A program made the translations under genes and the position numbers. Positions 5,571 through 12,291 of a stretch of DNA of 12,291 nt are shown piece after piece. Every line of letters begins with the position of its first letter. Within the stretch, counting starts at the first letter, position 1. The stretch is from Chthoniobacteraceae bacterium. GTDB lineage: Bacteria; Verrucomicrobiota; Verrucomicrobiia; Chthoniobacterales; Chthoniobacteraceae. The stretch covers positions 1 through 12,291 of the forward strand of contig JBEBGD010000138.1 of the NCBI GenBank assembly GCA_040081625.1, read 5' to 3'. Under the pieces are notes generated by a model, which was not told the origin of the DNA, did not search any database, and was given only the letters and a program-made list of their open reading frames with translations.

Positions 5571-7277
5571 ATGAAGCTCCTGTTCCTCCTTTTCGCCTCG
5601 CACTGCGCGCTCGCCGCCGACCTCATCGTCCATCACGCGAAGATCCTCACGGCAGACGACGCCTTCTCCACGCACAGCGCGATGGCGGTGGAAAAAGGCC
5701 GCATCGTGAAGCTCGGCGGCGATGCCGAAATCCTCGCGCTCAAAACGCCGGACACGAAGGTGCTCGATCTCGGCGGGCGCACGGTGCTGCCGGGACTCAT
5801 CGATTCGCACGTGCATCCGAGCGGCGCTTCGATGACGGAGTTCGATCACCCGATCCCGGTCATGGAGACGATCGCGGACGTGCTCGCCTACGTGAAGGCG
5901 CGCGCGACGGTGCTCAAGGAAGGCGAGTGGATCGTGCTCAGCCAGGTCTTCATCACGCGGCTGCGCGAGCAGCGCTACCCGACGCGCGCGGAACTCGACG
6001 CGGCGGCGCCGAAAAATCCCGTGCTCTTTCGCACCGGACCGGACGCTTCGGTCAACACGCTCGCGCTCCAACTCAGCGGGATCGATCGCGACTTCAAGGT
6101 GACCAACGGCAGCGGCGGCTTCGCGGAGAAAGATCCCGCGACGGGCGAGCCGACGGGCATCCTGCGCAACTGCACCGGCTCCGTGAAAGTGAAGTCGTCC
6201 GCGAAGTCGGGGACTGACGACGAACGCCGCGCGCGGCTCAAGGCGCTCTTCGCCGACTACAATTCCAGCGGCCTCACCGGCATCTGCGACCGCGACGCGA
6301 GCCTCGACTCGATCGAGCGTTACCGCGCGCTGCGCGACGCGGGCGAGCTGAGCGTGCGTATCGCGTGCTCGCAGGGCGTCGGCTCCACCGGCGAGCTCGC
6401 GAAGACCGTCGCGCAGATCCAGAGCATCGCGCGCAACCCGCTCCACACCGAGCGCGACGAATGGCTGCGGATCATCGGCATCAAGATGTATCTCGACGGC
6501 GGGATGCTCACCGGCAGCGCCTACATGCGGCAGCCGTGGGGCGTGAGCGCGATCTACTCGATCACCGACCCGGCCTACCGCGGCGTGCTCTTCATCCCGC
6601 GCGAGCGGCTGCTGCCGCTCGTGCGAGCGGCGGTCGGGAGCGGGCTCGCCTTCACCGCGCACTCGGTCGGCGACGGCGCGGTTCACACGCTGCTCGACGT
6701 GTATGAGGAGCTGGCGAAGGAAGGCCTGGCCGTGCGCGGGACGCGCAGCTCGCTCACGCACTCGAACTTCATGAGCGCGGAGGCCGTCGCGCAGGCCGCG
6801 CGGCTCGGGGTGATGTGCGACATCCAGCCCGCGTGGCTCTACCTCGACACGCACACGCTCGCGAAGCAGTTCGGCAACGACCGGCTGCGCTACTTCCAGC
6901 CGCTGCGCAGCCTCTTCGCGGCCGGGGTGAATGTCGGCGGCGGCTCGGACCACATGCAGAAGATCGGCTCGATGCGCTCGGTGAATCCCTACAATCCCTT
7001 CCTCGGCATGGCCACGGCGGTGACGCGGCGCGCGCGCCATCACGACCAGCCGCTGCACCCGGAGGAAGCGCTAACCCGCGAGCAGGCGCTCCGTTTCTAC
7101 ACGATCAACAACGCGCGCCTGCTGCACTGCGAGGATCGCACCGGCTCGCTCGAAGCGGGGAAGCTGGCCGACTTCATCGTCATCGACCGCGACTTCCTCA
7201 CCTGTCCCGACGCGGACCTCGCGCAGACGCAGGTGCTCCAGACCTTCCTCGGCGGCCGTGAAATCTTCCGCCGCTGA
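5571..7277 (+). CDS. Secreted metal-dependent amidohydrolase (amidohydrolase-3 / YtcJ-like)
   Basis: Signal peptide. Motifs DLGGRTVLPGLIDSHVH, GEPTGIL, K.YLDG, HSVGD, GSD and GSLEAGKLADFIVIDRD. Confidence 0.92.
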   Translation: MKLLFLLFASHCALAADLIVHHAKILTADDAFSTHSAMAVEKGRIVKLGGDAEILALKTPDTKVLDLGGRTVLPGLIDSHVHPSGASMTEFDHPIPVMETIADVLAYVKARATVLKEGEWIVLSQVFITRLREQRYPTRAELDAAAPKNPVLFRTGPDASVNTLALQLSGIDRDFKVTNGSGGFAEKDPATGEPTGILRNCTGSVKVKSSAKSGTDDERRARLKALFADYNSSGLTGICDRDASLDSIERYRALRDAGELSVRIACSQGVGSTGELAKTVAQIQSIARNPLHTERDEWLRIIGIKMYLDGGMLTGSAYMRQPWGVSAIYSITDPAYRGVLFIPRERLLPLVRAAVGSGLAFTAHSVGDGAVHTLLDVYEELAKEGLAVRGTRSSLTHSNFMSAEAVAQAARLGVMCDIQPAWLYLDTHTLAKQFGNDRLRYFQPLRSLFAAGVNVGGGSDHMQKIGSMRSVNPYNPFLGMATAVTRRARHHDQPLHPEEALTREQALRFYTINNARLLHCEDRTGSLEAGKLADFIVIDRDFLTCPDADLAQTQVLQTFLGGREIFRR

Positions 7278-7291
7278 ACGCGGTTTGAGCA

Positions 7292-7320
7292 TTGCCGAGG
7301 CGCGAGTCCTGCATTAGCAC
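7292..7320 (+). promoter_or_regulatory. Sigma70-like promoter of the small membrane protein gene
   Basis: TTGCCG (7292-7297), a 17-nt spacer, TAGCAC (7315-7320), then 9 nt to the ATG at 7330. Confidence 0.45.
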
Positions 7321-7329
7321 GGCGCCGCA

Positions 7330-7512
7330 ATGGGTCTCCTTCGCTCCCTCTTCTGGTTCATCATCTTCCTCGCCGCGACGTTTTGCTTCACGGTGATCTT
7401 CGAGCATGGCTTCTCGAACTTCGGCGCCAACGCGCAGAAGGAGTTCGACACGCTCAGGGGCTACGTCGTTGGCGGCGGGGCGAAGCCAAAGTCCGACAAA
7501 GGCGTGCAGTAA
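7330..7512 (+). CDS. Small single-pass membrane protein (60 aa)
   Basis: One hydrophobic helix (LFWFIIFLAATFCFTVIF) followed by EHG..NF...AQKE. Host-like codon usage, own candidate promoter, fills the intergenic gap. Confidence 0.75.
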   Translation: MGLLRSLFWFIIFLAATFCFTVIFEHGFSNFGANAQKEFDTLRGYVVGGGAKPKSDKGVQ

Positions 7513-7576
7513 GTTTGCTCGCGCGGATTGCCAAACGCACGGAGGTTGTTATTGGGTTGCCTCGATTTTTCCCGCC

Positions 7577-8989
7577 ATGCCCATCATCACCGACAAGGAA
7601 CTCTCAGACGAAAAGCGCACGTTGTGGCTGAAGGCGTGCAGCGCCGTCGAGCTGCGCAACTACGGCTACGCCATTTCGCTGCTCAGCGCGGTGCTTAAGG
7701 AGTCGCCCGCCTTCCTCGAAGGCCGCCGCATCCTGCGCCGTGCGGAGATCATGGCGACCAAGGGCCGCAAGAGTTTCCTCTCCGGCCTGAGCACGGCGTC
7801 GCTCAAGGGCTCGAGCTTGATGAAAAAGGATCCGCTCTCCGCGATGGAACTCGCCGAGAAGACGCTCGAGACCGATCCCTACAACGTGCAGGCCAACCAG
7901 CTCCTGCGCGACGCGGCCAAGGCCGCCGAGCTGCCGGAGATCGCCGCCTTTGCGATGGAGACGATCGTCGAGGGCAGCCCCAAGGACACCAAGCTCCTGC
8001 ACGAACTGGCCGAGCAGTATCTGGCCATGGGCCTCGCGGACAAAGCCGTCGCCGTCTATACGAAGATCGGCGAGATCAACCCCGCGGATCTCATCGCCCT
8101 CAAGCGCGGCAAGGACGCGAGCGCGCAGGCTTCGATGAAGAGCGGCGGCTGGGAGCAGGCGCAGAGCTACCGCGACCTCATCAAGAACAAGGACCAGGCC
8201 GTCTCACTCGAGCAAAAAGGCCGCGTCGTGCGCGATCTCGACATGCTCACCGCGCAGATCGCCGAGGTGACGCCGGAGTGGGAGCTCGACCAGACCAATG
8301 TCGATCTGAGCAAGCGCCTCGCGAAGCTCTGGGACGAGCAGCTTGAGCAGAAGCAGGACGAGGAAAGCCTCAACGGCGCGCTCTACTATTTGATGCACAT
8401 CAACACGATCGTGAACGGGGCGGACCCGACGATCACGCGGCGCATCAGCGATCTGCAGCTCCAGCAGATCGACCAGCAGATCAAGCAATACGAGGACTGG
8501 TTTGCCGCCGGCGGCGACCAGCACGAGGACGCCGCGCAATACCAGGAGACGCTCGCCGAGCTCAGGCGCCAGCGCGCCAACACGCAGCTCGACGACTGCA
8601 AGCGGCGCGTCGAGCGCAACCCGACCGACCTCCAGCTCCGCTTCGAGCTGGGCGAGAAACTTCTCGAGGCCGGCAACTTCAACGACGCCATCCCCGAGCT
8701 CCAGCGCGCGCGGCAGAACCCGAACGCGCGCCTTCGCGCGATGTCGCTGCTCGGCCGCTGCTTCGTTCACAAGGGGATGCTCGACATCGCCGCCGGGCAG
8801 TTCCAGTCCGCCGTCGCCGAGATGACCGGCATGGACAACGTGAAGAAGGACACGCTCTACGAGCTCGCGCTCGTCTATGAGACGATGGGCAAGCGCGACG
8901 AATACCTCGCCGCGCTCAAGCTGATCATCGAGGTCGATTACAGCTACAAGGACGCGGCGAAGCGGGTCGAGACGAGCTACGGGTCGTAG
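7577..8989 (+). CDS. Tetratricopeptide repeat protein (470 aa)
   Basis: Likely start is the ATG at 7577 (MPIITDKELS). The longer start overlaps the 60-aa gene. TPR-like repeats include LRFELGEKLLEAGNFNDAIPELQRA, AMSLLGRCFVHKGMLDIAAGQFQSA and TLYELALVYETMGKRDEYL. C-terminal D..YKD motif. Confidence 0.9.
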   Translation: MPIITDKELSDEKRTLWLKACSAVELRNYGYAISLLSAVLKESPAFLEGRRILRRAEIMATKGRKSFLSGLSTASLKGSSLMKKDPLSAMELAEKTLETDPYNVQANQLLRDAAKAAELPEIAAFAMETIVEGSPKDTKLLHELAEQYLAMGLADKAVAVYTKIGEINPADLIALKRGKDASAQASMKSGGWEQAQSYRDLIKNKDQAVSLEQKGRVVRDLDMLTAQIAEVTPEWELDQTNVDLSKRLAKLWDEQLEQKQDEESLNGALYYLMHINTIVNGADPTITRRISDLQLQQIDQQIKQYEDWFAAGGDQHEDAAQYQETLAELRRQRANTQLDDCKRRVERNPTDLQLRFELGEKLLEAGNFNDAIPELQRARQNPNARLRAMSLLGRCFVHKGMLDIAAGQFQSAVAEMTGMDNVKKDTLYELALVYETMGKRDEYLAALKLIIEVDYSYKDAAKRVETSYGS

Positions 8990-8994
8990 CCGCG

Positions 8995-11103
8995 CTACTT
9001 CTTGATGAGCTGCACGCCGTCCACGATCACGTGGCCGTCGGTGCCGGCGTTGGAGACGGTGATGGTGACCGACTTGCCCGCGCCGAGCGCGAAGGTGCCG
9101 AGCGTGGCTTCGTTGTTTTTGCCCGCTTCCTTTTCGTTCACCTTCACCGTCTTCGCCGCGCCGCCTTCGGGCGCAATGGTCACGGGCACGTTGCTCGCGC
9201 GGTTCGCAAGCGGCGGGTAGAGGAGGAAGATTTCGTAGGTGCCGGCTTCGGCGATCTCCGGGCGGAAGGTCGCGGTCTTCGCACCTTTGTCGGCGTTCCC
9301 GTCGTGCTGGTAGCCGCTCCCTATGAAGTGCGAGGCGGTCGAGTGCGCCCACTCGCCCGTGAACTCCGCCTGCGAGTCGTCGAGCACGATGCCGGGCAGC
9401 GTCTTCGGGTCGATCGCGGTGGAGGATTTGCGCGCGGGGCCGGTCCAGTCGAGCACCTGGCCGTCGGCGAGCAGGCGCGTTTTTAGCGCGGCGTAGTCGA
9501 GCTTCTGCACCGTCGTCTTCGCGTCGATCGCCTGCACGGCGGCGGTCGCGGCGCTCTGGCCCATGGCCATGAAGACCGGCTCCATGCGGATGCTCCCATA
9601 CGCGATGTGCGACGCGGCGAGCGCGACGGGGACGAGGAGGTTTTCCGCGTGCGCGGCCTTCGGGATGATGGAGCGATACGAGACCGGATACGGCCCGGCG
9701 ACGCCGACCTGCACGTCGCCTTCATTGCGCACGAAGCCGCCCTGCACGAGACGCTGGCAGTTGTGCGAGTCCATATTGTAAGCGCCCATGCCCACGGGGT
9801 CGTCGCACTTGCGCTGCCAGCGGCAGTCGGCCTCGGTCATGACGTAATCGGAGATCATGCGGCGGCCTTCGCGCACATACATCTGCGTGGGGAAGTGGCC
9901 ATTGGCGGCGAACTCGTCCTTCGCGAGGCCCCACGTATTCATCTCCTCGTGCAGCGCGGCGGGCACGCGCGTGCTCGATGAGAGGAAGTAGAGGAAGCCT
10001 TTGATGTAGTCCTCGTGCTCGCGCCAGATTTTCGCGCGCGTGGCGTAGTCGGCGTCGGGGAAGGCGTAGTTTGCCCCGATGAAATCCGTGCTGAAGGCGC
10101 CGTTGTTGTTCGTGTCGGTCTTGTCGTTGGGCATCATCACCGGGTTCATCACCGCGCCGACCTTGAGCGGCTTGCCGGCCTTCTCGTGCGCCTCGAGCAA
10201 GCGCGCGAGCAGCTCATACTTTTTCTCGTCGTAGCCCTTCGGCTTGATCTGCGCCCACGGCACGCGGTTCGCCGCGGTGCGCGTCATGCAGAGGCGGAAG
10301 TTGTAAGCCTGCACGCTCGCGTCGCCGTCGCCCGGCTTGCCACCGTCGCCCGGCTGGATGAAGGGCAGCAGCCCGCTCGCTGGATCGCCCGGCTTCACGT
10401 AGGGATCGACATCGACCTTGAACTGATGGCTCGGCGTGACCGCGCGCACGCCGTTGATCTGCTCGCCGTAGGTCGCGTTCGCCTCACGCCCGACGTGGTA
10501 GCTTACGCCCGCCTTCGCCATGAGGTCGCCCTCGTAGCTCGCGTCGATGAACATCTTCCCGCGATACACGCGCCCGCTTTCGGTCGTGAACTCGACGATG
10601 CGCGCGCCGTCCTTCTTCACGCTCTTGAGCTTCTCGCCGAGATGCACCTTCACGCCCGCGTCCGCGAGCCAGCGCTTGTAGATCGCGCTCGCCACGTGCG
10701 GCTCGAAGGTCCACTTCGTCGGCTTGCCCGTCTTCTCCACGAGGGGATCCTTCCCGCGCTCCTGCCCCGAGGCGAGCGCGGCGGAAGTCTTCGGCTTCTC
10801 CCACTTCCACGCGTCGGGCTTCTCGTAGTGCGCGGCGATCTGCTCGTAGAATTCGCGGGCGATGCCGCCGATCGCGGCCTTGTTGCCGATGTCCGTCGCG
10901 CCGAGTCCGCCGGTGGTCAGCCCGCCGAGATGCTGCGTCCACTCGGCGATGACGACGGTCTTTCCCATCCGCCGCGCCTGCACCGCCGCGGCGATGCCGC
11001 CGGACGTGCCGCCGAAGATGACGATGTCCGCATTGATGGGCGCCGGTTTTTCTACGGCGAAAGCGAGAGCGGTCGTGACAAGGAGTGCGAAGAAGAATTT
11101 CAT
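8995..11103 (-). CDS. Secreted FAD-dependent oxidoreductase (FAD_oxidored-type) with a C-terminal golvesin/xanthan-lyase-like beta domain
   Basis: Signal peptide. Motifs DIVIFGGTSGGIAAA (Rossmann), FIDASYEGDLMAKAGV, YVREGRRM, DSHN and ASHIAYGSIRMEPVFM. C-terminal IVLDD..AEFTGEW...GY.HD...NRASNVPV...VIVDGVQL. Confidence 0.92.
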   Translation of the reverse strand: MKFFFALLVTTALAFAVEKPAPINADIVIFGGTSGGIAAAVQARRMGKTVVIAEWTQHLGGLTTGGLGATDIGNKAAIGGIAREFYEQIAAHYEKPDAWKWEKPKTSAALASGQERGKDPLVEKTGKPTKWTFEPHVASAIYKRWLADAGVKVHLGEKLKSVKKDGARIVEFTTESGRVYRGKMFIDASYEGDLMAKAGVSYHVGREANATYGEQINGVRAVTPSHQFKVDVDPYVKPGDPASGLLPFIQPGDGGKPGDGDASVQAYNFRLCMTRTAANRVPWAQIKPKGYDEKKYELLARLLEAHEKAGKPLKVGAVMNPVMMPNDKTDTNNNGAFSTDFIGANYAFPDADYATRAKIWREHEDYIKGFLYFLSSSTRVPAALHEEMNTWGLAKDEFAANGHFPTQMYVREGRRMISDYVMTEADCRWQRKCDDPVGMGAYNMDSHNCQRLVQGGFVRNEGDVQVGVAGPYPVSYRSIIPKAAHAENLLVPVALAASHIAYGSIRMEPVFMAMGQSAATAAVQAIDAKTTVQKLDYAALKTRLLADGQVLDWTGPARKSSTAIDPKTLPGIVLDDSQAEFTGEWAHSTASHFIGSGYQHDGNADKGAKTATFRPEIAEAGTYEIFLLYPPLANRASNVPVTIAPEGGAAKTVKVNEKEAGKNNEATLGTFALGAGKSVTITVSNAGTDGHVIVDGVQLIKK

Positions 11104-11164
11104 GGTGGGACTGTGATGACAGTTGGCATGTCTCCGTGGCAGTTGTCACCTTTCCGTTTCATCG

Positions 11165-12291
11165 ATGGCCCGAAAATCCCGTTCACCGAAAAAGAAGTCC
11201 AATCCACCCGAGCCGGGCCCGGAGCCCGCCGCCGCGCCCACGACACCGGAGCCGCAGCCTCAAACAGATCCGCAGATTCCCGCGGCGGATCCCGGCGCGA
11301 GCGCGCCGGATCTGCATGAGTCGGCGAAACCCGCGGACCCGAACCTCGGCCTTCGCCGCCTCGCCGCTCGCGACCTGGTCGCCGGGCGCTACCGGCTCGT
11401 GCGTCTGCTTGGAAAGGGGAGGCTGAGCGCGGTGTGGCTGGCGCATGACGAATCGGCAGATCGCGAGTGCGCGCTCAAATTCCTCAGCGCCTCCTTCTCC
11501 GAAGGGCCGCTGCTCGACGTGCTCGAAGCAGGCGTGGCCCGCGCGCGGGAACTCGATCATCCGAATATCGTGCGCGTCTTCGAACTCGTGAAGGACCCGG
11601 CGCACGCGCTGCTCGCCGTGGCGATGGAAGTCGTCGGCACGGGCGAGAGTCTCGCTGCCCGGCGCGAGGCGCAGCCGGCCGGATCGTTCGAGCCGGACGC
11701 GATCGCGGAGTGGGTCGGGCAATGTTGCGAAGCGCTCGCGGTCGCGCACGAGCGCGGCAGCGTGCATCGCAATCTCCAGCCGGCGAATCTGCTGCTCGAC
11801 GCAGTCGGCGCGGTGAAGATCGCCGACTTCGGAATCCCGGCACCACTGGACGTGCCGCCGCTCCACTTCACCCGCCGCGACACGGCCGGCACCGCGACTT
11901 ACCAAAGCCCCGGACAATTGCGCGGCGAAGCGCCGCAGCCGGCGGACGATCTCTACTCGCTCGGTGTCACCCTTCACGAACTGCTGTGCGGCAAGCCGCC
12001 CTTCGTCGCCGCCAGCGCCGACTTCCAGCTTTACCAGGTGACCAATCAGCCGATGCCCGGCGCGAGCGCGCACCGGCGCGAGATTACCGGCGTGGACGCG
12101 CCAGTCCCGCAGACGTGGGAGGAAACGATCGCCGCGCTGCTCTCGCTCGACGCCACCGGGCGACCGGGTGTGGCGGAAGTTGCGATGCGCCTCGCGGGTT
12201 CGCCCGCCGCGCGCTCGCGTTGTCTTCGGCTCATCGTGGTGGATGCGCAAGGATCGAACGAGCCCCTAGAACTCGCGCTTGAGACGGTCCC
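11165..12291 (+). CDS. Hanks-type Ser/Thr protein kinase-fold protein, probable pseudokinase, truncated by the window end
   Basis: Not in the ORF track (no stop in the window). From ATG 11165: MARKSRSPKKKSNPPEP (Pro-rich) ...GRYRLVRLLGKGRLSAVWLAHD...CALKF...LDHPNIVRVFE...VHRNLQPANLLL...VKIADFG...GTATYQSPGQ...DDLYSLGVTLHELLCGKPPF. Confidence 0.9.
   Translation, partial: MARKSRSPKKKSNPPEPGPEPAAAPTTPEPQPQTDPQIPAADPGASAPDLHESAKPADPNLGLRRLAARDLVAGRYRLVRLLGKGRLSAVWLAHDESADRECALKFLSASFSEGPLLDVLEAGVARARELDHPNIVRVFELVKDPAHALLAVAMEVVGTGESLAARREAQPAGSFEPDAIAEWVGQCCEALAVAHERGSVHRNLQPANLLLDAVGAVKIADFGIPAPLDVPPLHFTRRDTAGTATYQSPGQLRGEAPQPADDLYSLGVTLHELLCGKPPFVAASADFQLYQVTNQPMPGASAHRREITGVDAPVPQTWEETIAALLSLDATGRPGVAEVAMRLAGSPAARSRCLRLIVVDAQGSNEPLELALETV

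Noticed and set aside
4805..7058. Long alternative ORFs (470 aa plus, 700 aa minus)
   Set aside because: Off-frame or antisense shadows of the DUF2182 and amidohydrolase genes, typical of high-GC DNA.
8986..8998. GTAGC-CGC-GCTAC as a bidirectional terminator
   Set aside because: The 5-bp stem is mostly the two convergent TAG stops and has no U-tract.
1147..9003. Identical 14-mer CCGCGCTACTTCTT at 1147-1160 and 8990-9003 as possible att sites
   Set aside because: Nine of the 14 bases are Lys-Lys-stop ending two unrelated minus-strand genes. There is no integrase and the enclosed genes look like ordinary chromosomal genes.
11104..11164. Imperfect inverted repeat TGACAGTTG...CAGTTGTCA in the divergent intergenic gap
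   Set aside because: Two mismatches in 9 bp and no regulator nearby, so too weak to call an operator.
10015..12282. ORFs of 434, 355 and 271 aa in the track
   Set aside because: Shadows of the oxidoreductase and of the kinase-fold frame starting at 11165.

Overview
High-GC bacterial DNA, probably Verrucomicrobia (PVC superphylum). This is inferred from gene content, the absence of Shine-Dalgarno motifs and the IleRS motif [12 protein letters not shown]. The left end is anomalous: the first 66 codons of ileS run in frame into a cytochrome P450-like segment, most likely an assembly chimera. Next is a minus-strand accessory block: a vapC toxin-antitoxin pair, a 456-aa secreted protein, a 91-aa coiled-coil protein and a helical-bundle + FN3 protein. 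Upstream of the FN3 gene lie a 12 x 21-bp phased tandem array with a 105-bp higher-order period, two hairpins and a candidate promoter. This array/FN3/coiled-coil module is the best candidate for an undescribed system. The rest holds a DUF1326/DUF2182-like metal-binding pair, a secreted amidohydrolase-3, a small membrane protein, a TPR protein, a FAD-dependent oxidoreductase and a truncated Ser/Thr kinase-fold protein with degenerate catalytic motifs (probable pseudokinase). All family assignments are by motif recognition, not database search.
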